Below, one piece after another: positions 1 to 26,600 of a stretch of DNA of 64,000 bases. Origin of the DNA: Amoebidium appalachense (Eukaryota > Protista > Ichthyosporea). The stretch spans positions 3,965,962 through 4,029,961 of the forward strand of contig CAVNZM010000007.1 of NCBI GenBank assembly GCA_963693365.1, read 5' to 3'. The notes below the pieces were generated by a model. It saw only the letters and a program-made list of their open reading frames with translations, ran no database searches and had not been told where the DNA came from. The position numbers were made by a program, and so were the translations under genes. Position 1 is the first letter of the stretch. Each line of letters begins with the position of its first letter.

Positions 1-765
1 CTGAAATTGACATGCCAGAAATATCGAATGGCTCACCAATCAAAACTATTGGCAAGGCGGCAGGAAACAAGCAGGATCACTGGCAGGGTAGGTAGGAACC
101 CTCCGGGGAAGGGGGGAGCGGGGGGTGGGGGGGGGGGGGGGGGAGGGGGGGGGAGGGGGGGGGGGAGGGGGGAAGGGGGCGGGGGGTGAGGGGGGGGCTT
201 GAAAGAAGAGACAGAAAAAAAAGTCAACTTTTGCTCCTTTGATGTATCGTACAGCAAAGGGTCCGAGGGTGGCCAAGCGGGGAAGCGGAGGTGAGAAGAG
301 AAGGTTGGAGCCAAAGGGGAGACTGTCACAGGTCAGGTAAGGGAGAGAGGGTGGACAGAAAACAGAATGGGGAGGGGGTAGAATCAGGGTTAAGGGGGGA
401 GAAAAACTTTTGATGGGACCAGAAACGTACCTCGGGGGGAGAGTGTATGAGGCGTTTGGGTGTAAATAGTGAGTGAATATGTGTGCGGGCGCGCGTGCGT
501 GTTTGAGGAGAAGAGGGGGGAGGAGGGGGGGGAAGGGAGGGGGAGAGGGAGCGCGCGTGCACAGAGACAGAGAGAGGGGGGGGGGGGAGGAGAGAGAGAG
601 AGAGGGAGAGAGAGAGAGGGAGAAAGGGCGGAGAGAGCTAAGGAAGGAGCATGCATGAAGATTCGAGGGACTTATGGGAGCTTGATAGATGTTGACTTGA
701 TAAATTTTTAAATTTCATTTAGCCTCATCACGCCTAAACAGGGGATCCAGCAGTAGCCAACTTAC

Positions 766-1068
766 GTGGTAAGGATCTTCAAACTCCTTGCCGTGGTAGA
801 TGTTCTTGTGTGGGCGCTTCTCCCAAGTGGGCGGCTGCAAAGCGCTGGGCACAAACTGAGCCATGTTGCTTGTATTTCTCGCTAGAACGGAATTATATGT
901 GCGGGTTGAAGGAAAGAGATTCTGTGTAAAGGATGGGACCTTTGGAGTACGGGTAGCAAGCAGCCTCCTGGGAAGATGAAGGATGTTTACAGGGAAAGAG
1001 CAAACGGAGGGAGGTCCGGCGGGAACAAAACCACCTCGAGAAAGGGCTCCCAAACACCTTGAAAACAT
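766..1068 (-). CDS. Exon 1 of a prolyl oligopeptidase family S9A (oligopeptidase B / protease II-like) gene with probable mitochondrial presequence; the rest of the gene lies left of the window
   Basis: ATG at 1068-1066. Translation ends ...PPTWEKRPHKNIYHGKEFEDPYH, matching the S9A N-terminal PP.a.k.p....HG....D.Y.WL motif, followed by a GTAAGT donor (765-760). The first ~68 aa are Arg/Ser/Leu-rich with no acidic residues. A possible acceptor (tttcAG) falls at positions 2-1. Confidence 0.75.
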
Positions 1069-1535
1069 GGGGAAAATGCTGGAGAGAAGTGCTAGCTGTG
1101 TGCTGTTTTATACCTCTCCGGTCACGCACACACGCCGCACGCACACCAACACACACACACACGGGCCAGAAAAACTGTGCAGTCAAAGAGGCGGCCTTGC
1201 TTTTCACAGCCATCTTTCAACCAGCCGGCGCAAAATCCATTCTCCCATACGGGGTTCAAAATTTTTGATTTTCTGGCCATCCGGGGCCAGGCGCATCGCG
1301 CGGCTGCAGCCCGCGCCGGGCCAAGCCCCGCGCTTTGTATTATTGCAAGTAATGAAAAGAAAACATATTGCAAAGAGCAGTTGCACGGCCCTCTGAGGGC
1401 CGTGGCTGTTGCAAAGCCATTCAAACGGGCAGCTCATTATCACGTTGATATATGCGTGCGTTCCTTCATTATTACCTAGTCTGAAGCTCTTGCATTCATA
1501 GAAGGAGTATTACAGGCAGGATCGTTCGACCGCCT

Positions 1536-1797
1536 CCCCCACCCCCCCCCCCCCCCCCCCCCCCCCCTCTCCCCCCACCGCGCGCCACAAGCCCACCCCC
1601 TCCCCCCACCTTTCTCCCCAGGGCCCTCTCCCTCCGCTTCCCCCCCCCCCCCCCCCCCCTCCCCCCCCCCCCATCCTCCCCTCTCCTCCGGGCGACCGGG
1701 CCCCCCTCCTCTTCCCGAGGCTCCCCTCCCGGCCGCACCCAGCCGGCGCACGCACACACACTGTACACAGACACACACACTGAGCACACACACAAGC

Positions 1798-1878
<81 letters not shown>

Positions 1879-1879
1879 A

Positions 1880-1927
<48 letters not shown>

Positions 1928-2095
1928 TGGCATGGCATTATCTAACTTATTAATATGAGATCTAGAGAGGGAGAGAGAGAGGGAGAGAGAGAGGGAGAGA
2001 GAGAGAGAAAGCTCAGGCTCTGGGAGAGGGGGGAGGAGGAGAGAGAGAGAGAGATAGGGGGGGGGAGAGAGAGAGAAAGAGAGAAAGAGAGAGCG

Positions 2096-2128
<33 letters not shown>

Positions 2129-2142
2129 TCGGGGGGGGGGGG

Positions 2143-2197
<55 letters not shown>

Positions 2198-2461
2198 AGA
2201 CACACACACGCGCGCGTGTGCACGTGGCACACATCGTGGTATTTAAACACAAACACAAGCCCCAGCCCCCCCCCCCCCCCCCCCCCCCCCCTCCCCCCAC
2301 ACACACATGCACTCATGTACACACGAGCCATAATAATCATTGGGAAATCTGACTGTTACCATATATTTGCGGGCTCAGCCAGACCCGAGATCACTCTGGC
2401 AGGCTCGAACAAGAACTGCGGTACACATGTGCGTATGAGTCTGCTACACTTTGAGCCTTGT

Positions 2462-2535
<74 letters not shown>

Positions 2536-2805
2536 CCTTCCCCCCCTCTCTCTGAGACTCTCTCTCTCTCCCTCTCTCTCTCTATTCTCTCTCTCTCTTT
2601 CTCTCTCTCTCTCTGAGTCTCTCTCTCTCTTTCTCTCTCTCTCTTCTCTCTTTCTGTGTGTGTGTGTGTCTGTCTCTATTTCCTCCCCTCTCCTTATCCG
2701 AGGCTATCTCTCCTCTCACACACACACAGAGACACACACACACACACTCTTTCTCTCTCTCTCTCGCTCGTTCTCTCTCCCCCCCCCCCCCCCCTCTCCC
2801 CCCGC

Positions 2806-2858
<53 letters not shown>

Positions 2859-2918
2859 CTCGTACGGTGTGTATGTGCGGTGCGCGCAGCGCGTCTGTGT
2901 GCGGTTGTGTCACTGCAC

Positions 2919-2972
<54 letters not shown>

Positions 2973-3085
2973 TGTACATGGCAATGTTGTGTCTTGTGTG
3001 TGTGTGTGTGCGCGCGCGTCTGTGTGCGTTTGTGCAACTGCACAGGCTGTGTGTTTGCCTGTGCCATGCGTACTACCGTGTGCAG

Positions 3086-3124
<39 letters not shown>

Positions 3125-3133
3125 CACGGTGTG

Positions 3134-3176
<43 letters not shown>

Positions 3177-3215
3177 ATACATGTACATGTTGTGTATACA
3201 TGTGTGTGTGTGTGC

Positions 3216-3250
<35 letters not shown>

Positions 3251-3305
3251 GTGTGTGTGTGTGTGTGAGTGTCACGTGTGTGTGTGTGTGTTTGTGCGTG
3301 TGTGC

Positions 3306-3359
<54 letters not shown>

Positions 3360-3830
3360 GTGTGTGTGTCACGTGTGTGTTTGTGTGTGCGTTCGCGATT
3401 GTGGTGTTTACATGGGTGCTTGTGCATGTGTGAGTGAGTCACATATATATGCGTGTATAATTGTGTGCGTGCATCTGTGTACATGCATGTGTGTGGCGAT
3501 TTCTGCTTTTGAAGCCTCACTGTGCACGTTGTGTCCGGAGTGGCCTATTAAATTGCTTGTGCCGCAAGATGTTGGTGATCATAGAGCCTAGCCAGATAGA
3601 TTGTGTTACTCACTGTGGAGTGTCTCCTTTAATTAATATATATGTATTTCTCAGGTTGTAGTTGAGTTGAATGAAGAGTGTGCCCTTATCATGATTTACA
3701 CTTTCACGGTGCGTATTTCGGAAAGAAGGGGGGGAAAGGGGGAGGAGGGGACGGGGGACGGGGGGAAAGGAGGGAAAAGGCCCCGAGGGGCTGGCCCAGC
3801 TGCAGGGCAGAAGGGGGGGAGGGCGGGGGT
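1536..3830. repeat. Compound microsatellite block: poly-C, (CA)n, (GA)n, (CT)n, (GT)n, G-rich
   Basis: Directly visible: C-runs 1536-1720, (CA)n ~1750-1925, (GA)n ~1963-2200, (CT)n ~2498-2856, (GT)n ~2920-3390, G-rich 3725-3830. Confidence 0.95.
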
Positions 3831-4084
3831 AATAAGGAGGGTTTGGGTGTTAAATGAAGGGGATGCATGCCGGTTAACTGTGGTCACTGGTGACTAACAC
3901 ATGTGTTGCTATGTCGGAAGTACACTCTCTTGAAAGAACTTGGCAAAGCGACGAGTTAATCAATGGGGCCGCGGCCGGATCCGGCCGCTCATATTTGGCC
4001 AGAAAATCGAAAGCCAGGCCCAGATCAAATCATTAGTCGCCATGTATGACTCATACTCATGCTGTATTGTTTTACGCAGGAAAC

Positions 4085-4158
4085 GATTGGCTGCAAAGAA
4101 ATCAATAAATAATGTAAATAGCTAAATAAAGCAATGAAAATAGATCCTGCAGCCAATC
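4085..4158. promoter_or_regulatory. Inverted pair of CCAAT boxes upstream of the RSBN1-like gene
   Basis: GATTGGCTGCA (4085-4095) and TGCAGCCAATC (4148-4158) form a perfect 11-bp inverted pair ~850 bp upstream of the ATG at 4993. Confidence 0.35.
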
Positions 4159-4992
4159 ATGCTTGCCTCGATCTAGATCCGGGACCTCGCCGGACATCGG
4201 TGGACACGACAGCTGTTTTAGGGTAGGTATCCCATGAAGTTTGACGTATGCGTCGTTTCGAGTAGTCTATAGTATTATTGAATTTTGCAGAAGAAAAAAC
4301 TGCTCGTACATACACTGTTCCGGCCGCACTTCTGCAAAGTCTGCTGGTAAGAATCGTGACACTGACATGTTCTTGGTGACGTAGGCCATGACGTCACGGC
4401 TTTTCCAACAAGACTATATATAGTAACAACCTGGCCCACTGCGGGGCACCTTGGCACTATGTTTAGCATGCTCGGCAACAGCTGGTCTTATCAGCTTCCA
4501 CGTGAGGAATGTGCCAAGGGATTCGTTGACTGGTTGCTGGCCGCACCACCTAAAATCACAAAACTTTCGGCCGATCATATGATTGCCCTCAGAAACAAAA
4601 AGCTTGGTGGTTTTATACTTGGAAGAAGCCGTTGTTTTGTAGAGTATAGATTCTGATTGATGCTTTTACTGTGATGTTAAAGATACCCGGCAAGACTATG
4701 GGAGAGTAGTATCTGAACGTTCAGTTTATATAGTCACGGTGTTGAGATCTCCCGCGGCGGGGCAGAACTGGGACTTAGTCATTAGAAAAACTCTTTACCA
4801 GGTTTCATGGTGCAAGAGCTTTATTGCTAGTTCTTCTGTTTGCGCTTATCAGTGTTTAATGAGATTACACGCTATATAGTTTATGCCACTTCACTGTACT
4901 ACTACTGATGTTTTCACAAAGTTAGGGCCTAATTACCCAATCTCCAAAAACAATTCGTTTCTACATTGAGTGAGTCTGAAGAATAAATCACC

Positions 4993-19735
<14,743 letters not shown>

Positions 19736-19883
19736 TTTTAAATTTATCAGGTGGTTGCAATTGGTTGCGTAGTATACGCGAAAACAGGAAAATGGTTTGT
19801 GTGGATGGGAAGCCCTTTTAAGGAGGTCTGGGGGGGGGGGGGGGAGGGGGGGGGGGGGGAGGGGAGGGGGGGGGGGGGGGGGA

Positions 19884-19918
<35 letters not shown>

Positions 19919-20717
19919 GTTGCACGAGGTATTGGTACGCACGCGAACACGCAACCACATCTGCACTCGTGCACATGCTCGTGTGTTTGTGTGTTCGTGT
20001 AGGTGTGTGTGCTTTTCTTGTGGGTGTGGGTGTGTGTGTCTGTGTCTGTGACGGTGAGAGAGTGCGGGATGTTAGTGAAAGTGGACGGTTGGTTCCTAAA
20101 TGGAACCACTTGCGAAGAATGTTGCACGCTTTAATGTGCTGCATGAATGTGTGGATAACCTGAAATTACCAATGATGAATGTATATCACAGCAAATAGGT
20201 AGATATTGCTCGTAGATATCGCTCCTGAATGGTTTTGTCGGCAGATAATTTAAGCCATTGGATAATTTTTTTTTTCTGTTTGTGCGGACAATGAATGATG
20301 ATTTAAGTGAATTAATAAAAGTTGTCGCAAGTTGTTAACGGTCCTGCACATTTGTTTGCCCTCTATTTTTTTTAACCTCTCTAAGCCAGAAAGCGAATAC
20401 GCAGGTACTGGTTATCTGCTCTACGTTCCGCTGTATGATGCTTTACTTCGCATATCTGCGCTGAGGTGTTAATTAATACATTGCAAATATATCCACGCAA
20501 GCATATCCACGTTTGGATACATGAATATATCCAACATACCGAGATAACTACACCAGGTGTGTTTCTGTTGAGTACAATAGAGTATGAACTAGCCACCAAT
20601 AAAAATTAGATAAAGTGAATATCGTGAACGCTTCTGCGTTTCCAAGTGCAAATGTTAATCTCGGTGTGCCTTCCCAGCGTAGAGTATGCCAACACATCCC
20701 CCCCCCCCCTCCCTCCC

Positions 20718-20798
<81 letters not shown>

Positions 20799-20896
20799 AC
20801 ACGCGTGTGCGCCCCATTTGAAGCCCTCTCGCCCGGCCCAGCGATCCACCCTTCTCCAAGACACCCCTCTATCGCAAAGTACATCAAAAACGTTTC

Positions 20897-20941
<45 letters not shown>

Positions 20942-21869
20942 CTTCTCCCCGGCGATCCCCGCAGCCCCCTCTGCACCCCCCCCCCCCCCCCCCCTCCCTT
21001 CCCCGGGGCCCCTCCTCCTCCTCGCAAACTCCTTTTTGAGGACCCATTCACCCACCCACATACATGTACACGGCAATATATCCGCCACCACCCACGAGCT
21101 CAACACACGCTGAGACACCATGTGACACACATATGTACACAATACACACCAAGATAAAAACACGTTAACATCAGCAAGCAAGAAAAGGGCAACCCACTCG
21201 CACGCGCGTGCACACGCACAAATGCACACACACACAAGCACGCACACACGTGCACGCACGCGCGCCCACACACACACACACACACACACATGTACAGACA
21301 CACGCACACATATACACACACTCGCAACACACGCTCACATGGGAGCAATGCCTTGAGAGGATCTGGCCTAATATTAGGTGGGCAGGTGTACTATGTACAT
21401 GTACAAGTTCTGCCAGGCCGCGCTGGAAAACACATATTGCCAACTTCTTCTTCACCGTACTAATTTGTCAGAATAGCACAGAGTAGAACTTTAAGAGGTC
21501 GGGCCGCAAGAGGATCATCAGCGGAATCATCATATGTACTTGTGAATCATTGGGTTTTTATTATTGATTACTACTGGATCTCAGCCTGAACACTCCAAAC
21601 TTCAGGACAAAATAAGATCTACTAGAATTTAAAAAAAGGTGTAGGCTATTCATTGCTCCTGTCCCTGAAGCTGCTGTAGTTGCTCATAGATAGTAGCAGA
21701 CACTGATATCTGATATTTGCACACTACTAGGTACGTACTGAAACACTAGTAGACAACGAAATTTACACAGCGAAATACAGCATGTTTAGTTATTGAAACG
21801 GGTTAACAGCACACCACCATCAAACACAGTGACCATGGCGGGACACATTACTAGTATTACTGTAGCGGT

Positions 21870-22550
21870 CTACACAAACCACTGGAAGGCGGTGCTGTAG
21901 TACGTTCCGCCGTGGTAGTTGTAGTGGCACACCTCGCCATCGCCCAGCACATAGCCCGGCAGCTGGCCCCACGGTGTCTGGCACACGGCCAGGTAGTTTG
22001 TCAGCCCAGACACGCCGTTGTACGTCCACACGGCCCCGTATGGCGGCGAGGACACTCCCTTGGCGTCAGCCACGAGCTGAGGGTAATAGCCGTTCATGCC
22101 GACGACGTAGCAGCCGCCCCTGTTTTTGCCCATGGGCACCGAGTGCTCCTGGCCGTTGAACACATAGTAGCACTGCTTGTTGCCCGAGTTGACCTTGCAC
22201 GGCACCAGGCCGTGCTCCCTCGTCTGTGCGATGCCGACGTAGAGCACGATGTTCTTGTTTGCGTTCCTCTGAGTGGTCCAGAGCAGGACATTGTCTCGTG
22301 GCGGGTCGACCACGTCACAGCGCAGCCCAATGCGCCCATCCAAGGTGCTTGCCGCGATGCTTCGGCCGCTCCTCTCCAGCGCACCCTCCTCTCTGTGCTC
22401 TAATTTGGCGGCAGACACTGTGTCTTTCAGCAGTGCCTCAGCCCTTCCCTCGGCGTTGATATCGGCCGTGGGTGGGACGACGGCAGCACTGGTGCAGCCC
22501 ACAGCACACGAGGCCAGCAAGGCAGCAACAGCGGATGTGAAGGACGGCAT
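21870..22550 (-). CDS. Secreted 226-aa protein with two DM9/DUF3421-like repeats (putative lectin), copy A; intronless
   Basis: ATG 22550-22548, TAG 21872-21870. Signal peptide MPSFTSAVAALLASCAVGCTSA. Repeats LYVGIAQTREHGLVPCKVNSGNKQCYYVFNGQEH and YLAVCQTPWGQLPGYVLGDGEVCHYNYHGGTY fit the DM9 pattern lYv.ra...G..PGKv......cy..y.G.E. Strong GC3 codon bias and a conserved paralogue. Confidence 0.85.
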   Translation of the reverse strand: MPSFTSAVAALLASCAVGCTSAAVVPPTADINAEGRAEALLKDTVSAAKLEHREEGALERSGRSIAASTLDGRIGLRCDVVDPPRDNVLLWTTQRNANKNIVLYVGIAQTREHGLVPCKVNSGNKQCYYVFNGQEHSVPMGKNRGGCYVVGMNGYYPQLVADAKGVSSPPYGAVWTYNGVSGLTNYLAVCQTPWGQLPGYVLGDGEVCHYNYHGGTYYSTAFQWFV

Positions 22551-23326
22551 GGCCCGGTGATAGTGGTGGTGCTGCAACAGGTGTTTGGTGGAGTGTGAGT
22601 GCTCAGGGTAGAAAGTTGCTGTGCTATAGAAAGCTCCTTTGTGTCTATAATAGTAGCTGTGGTCTGATGCTTGCACTGTGGGATCCATGACTGCCTTTTA
22701 TCTTGCGCCATGGTGTTGGGTGGCAAAGCTAGGTCAGGGTGACAATCGTTAACACTTTTGTGGAATGTGTCAACAGATAACCATTAGAATGCAAGCGACC
22801 TGATTGGCTAACAATGCAGTGGTTCCATTTCATTGGATTGCTAGAATGGAATGCAATCCGAAGAGACAGATCTTGATGACGACATCTATGGGGACCGCCC
22901 CCTCCGGGACTTCCCCCTTCAATATCATATACATGTGACTGCATTCTTACAAATTAGATAGCTATACATGTGTATGCGTTGTAGTAAACGATAACCTTCT
23001 GTTTAAATATATGTATATAATTGTATTTTTTTATAATGGTTCATGAGCCATATTATTAATGTTTTGACCCAATCGCCAATCTTTGGTGGAATCTGATGAC
23101 ATTCCACAAATCTAGATCTTGTCGACGAGGTCCAAGGTTTCATCATCCAAGCTTACAGTACTAGTAGGCAGCCAGCGAACCCACGCGGCATCAGACAACA
23201 GCAACAACACTACACACAAGACAGGATCTTTTCTCTTTTCCCCTTATAGGTAATCTGCAAGAAACCGGCTTCTACGCTGACCACTCCACTTTAAATTTCA
23301 CCTGTTCCAGCACCACCACTATCACC

Positions 23327-24007
23327 ATGCCGTCCTTCACTTCCGCCGTTGTTGCCCTGTTGGCTTGGTGTGCTGTGGGCTGCACCAGTGCTGCCGTCGT
23401 CCCACCCACGGCCGATATCCACGCTGAGGGAAGGGCTGAGGCACTGCTGAAAGACACAGTGTCTGCCGCCGAACTAGAACGTGGAGGGGAGGGCGCGCTG
23501 GAGAGGAGCGGCCGAAGCATCGCCGCAAGCACCTTGGATGGGCGCATTGGGCTGCGCTGTGACGTGGTCGACCCGCCACGAGACAACGTCCTGCTCTGGA
23601 CCACGCAGAGGAACGCAAACAAGAACATCGTGCTCTACGTCGGCATCGCACAGACGAGGGAGCACGGCCTGGTGCCGTGCAAGGTCAACTCGGGCAACAA
23701 GCAGTGCTACTATGTGTTCGACGGCCAGGAGCACTCGGTGTCCATGGGCAAAAACAGGGGCGGCTGCTACGTCGTCGGCATGAACGGCTATTACCCTCAG
23801 CTCGTGGCTGACGCCAAGGGGGTGTCTTTGCCGCCATACGGGGCCGTGTGGACGTACAACGGCGTGTCTGGGTTGACCAACTACCTGGCCGTGTGCCAGA
23901 CTCCGTGGGGCCACCTGCCCGGCTATGTGCTGGGCGATGGCGAGGTGTGCCACTACAACTACCACGGCGGAACCTACTACAGCACTGCATTCCAGTGGTT
24001 TGTGTAG
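23327..24007 (+). CDS. Secreted 226-aa protein with two DM9/DUF3421-like repeats (putative lectin), copy B; intronless
   Basis: Inverted paralogue of 21870-22550 (11 aa differences of 226 by manual comparison). Kozak-like caccATG; AATAAA at 24107-24112. Confidence 0.87.
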   Translation: MPSFTSAVVALLAWCAVGCTSAAVVPPTADIHAEGRAEALLKDTVSAAELERGGEGALERSGRSIAASTLDGRIGLRCDVVDPPRDNVLLWTTQRNANKNIVLYVGIAQTREHGLVPCKVNSGNKQCYYVFDGQEHSVSMGKNRGGCYVVGMNGYYPQLVADAKGVSLPPYGAVWTYNGVSGLTNYLAVCQTPWGHLPGYVLGDGEVCHYNYHGGTYYSTAFQWFV

Positions 24008-24988
24008 AACACAGTGGCCCACCATGATGGCCACCGTTGGTGTTGGTGTGCTGTTTGCTCGTTTCACAGCGACATTTAATTTTGTACCTGAATGCTTCCG
24101 TCTAAGAATAAAAAGTCACATGTACAACCTGAAGCCTATTTAATAGCTCCTTGAGGTTCTAATATTAATTTGGTAAACTTTCTGGCGGCCACAATCCGTA
24201 TATACTATCACTTGAATTATGTACAAACAATAGCCATGGATATGGCTAATTTTGTATGGTTGCTGACATGATTTGTATGTGAATTCTAAGAGCTGGTGGT
24301 TGACAATAAATGCGACTCGGTCGCAGGGCCCTGAATCATTTTCAGTCTCGACCAAATGATGCACAGAGATCTGTACCTATGCATATATGTACCCAGCGTG
24401 CATGGGCTCAGGCGGCATGTGTGTTTTCTTTCTTCCTTCCTTCCAAGTTATTCAATGGCGTTAACGGCATTAATTAAGCTTCTTCTTCTTCTTCTTTTTT
24501 TTTTAAGAAAGTCCCTATTCTTTTTCTTCGAATTCTTCTTCTTCCTTCCCCTCTCCCCCCCCTCCCCCCTTTCCCCCCCTCCCCCTTTTCCTTCTTCTTC
24601 TTCTTCTTTTTTTTTCCCGTGTGTGTGGGCGTGGAGCCATGAACCCCGGGAAGCGCGCGCGTGCGGCGGGGGGGGGGGGGGGGGGGGGGGGGGGAGGGGG
24701 GGGGGGGGGGGGGGGGGCTGCTGTATCCGCACCGGGCCAGAGGTGAAGAGTATAGTAGTATCCATTGAATGCCAGGCTACTTCACTGACCAATGGGTTGG
24801 ATTGGTGGGGCCAGTTGGTTCCTCCGAGCTCGAGCAATTCCAAGTGTAGGTGCTGGTGGTGGTGGTGGCCCAGGTGTGTGGGTGGGTGGGTGGTTCTATT
24901 TGGGTGTGTGTGACCAGGTGGTGGTGGTGAGGTTGGTGGGTTTTTCCTTTTTATTTATTTATTATTTTTGTTTTTTTTTTTGGATGGG

Positions 24989-25026
<38 letters not shown>

Positions 25027-25645
25027 GGGGGGGGGGGGGAGGCAGGCATTCACATTACAAAGCCTTACTCTGGGCATATGGTAAGCGTTTAGAAGCTTTG
25101 AGCAAAGAACTCAGAGCAGCAATTAACAGGTGAATGGAACTACCAATTTATGCAAGTGAACTTCGAGTCAGAACTGTTGGGGGCGGGGAAATGATTTTGA
25201 AGGTTGAGGGGTGCCCAGGCTCAGAATAAGTAGGATCCTAAGTAAACGTGGGTGTGTTTTTGTATGAGTGTAAGGGGGATTTGGGGGAGGGAAAGAGGGG
25301 GGGAGGGGGGGGGGGGGGGGGGGGGGGGGACGGGGGAGGGCTTCTGTCTGTTTTTTTTTTTTTTTTTCCCGGGGGGGGAGGGGAGGGGAAAGAGGGGGGC
25401 GCCGGCCGGGGGGGGGGGGGGGGGGGGGGGGGGAATAAACACGTGGGGGATGAGAACACTGTCTAGAACGGAGCTCGACAAAAATTCATCGAGGTAGGTG
25501 CAGAACAATAATAACGTAGATAGTCCTTTTGTGGTTTGGTATACTTGCTTTGACATGCAACCCACAGCATGCAGAAGTTGCCCAACTGGAACATATACGG
25601 GAATACCGTCTGAGTGGAGACCAAGATACTGTGTGCACAGGTTGT

Positions 25646-25681
<36 letters not shown>

Positions 25682-25758
25682 ACCTCTCAACCCCACACCA
25701 CCACCGCCACCGCCAACATCACCACTCACTCACTCACCCACCCAACCACCTAATTGGC

Positions 25759-25871
<113 letters not shown>

Positions 25872-25933
25872 ACACGCACACACACGGACACACACACGCA
25901 CACACACGCACACACACGCACACACGGACACAT

Positions 25934-26026
<93 letters not shown>

Positions 26027-26489
26027 CACGCACACGCGCACACACATCCACACACACACCTCACAGATACAAACAGACACATGCACACATAAGTCTCCTA
26101 CACACGCGCGCTCACACGAACACATACATTCTTTTCCCCCTCCTCCGTCCCGAAATGCAGACCTCATCAACACTTAGATCCTGGTCTGTGCAGCGATCCA
26201 CAAATGGTGCCTGTTAACATCCCCCCCCCCCCCCCCCCCCCTTCCACCGCCCCCCGCCCCCACCCCTACCACCCCTTCTCCCACTTTTCATGCCCGACTG
26301 TTCAAGACAAATCCTAATAGTCTATATAGTTCCTTGTTCTTCAATCCATCATGGTCAACCCAAGAAAAATGGAAGCCGGGCGCGACATGACCCCATTCGC
26401 ACCCGTACACAACTACTATTGCGCAAGTATTGAAAGCAAAGTTCGATGAAGTGTGTTGCGAATACTGAAAACGGGTGCCTTGGGTGCAG

Positions 26490-26600
26490 CCTGTCCAGGT
26501 GCCGATGGGTGTGTCGGTAACACCGTCACGTGCAACACATTGGATGGGTCAAACACGACATGTAGGGAGTGCCAGTCGACATATTACTGTCACCTTCCAC
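26490..26600 (+). pseudogene. Orphan exon-like fragment encoding one Cys-rich (furin-like) repeat
   Basis: CPGADGCVGNTVTCNTLDGSNTTCRECQSTYYC, bounded by tgcAG (26489) and a possible GT at 26601 (phase 1-1). No partner exons found. Confidence 0.35.

Noticed and set aside
22551-22688. 46-aa N-terminal extension of DM9-like copy A (272-aa ORF)
   Set aside because: It would mask the signal peptide and is not open in copy B; ATG 22550 is the homologous start.
21912-24067. Antisense ORFs over the DM9-like genes (also 28499-29221 and 42700-44430 over other genes)
   Set aside because: Shadow frames of GC3-biased coding sequence.
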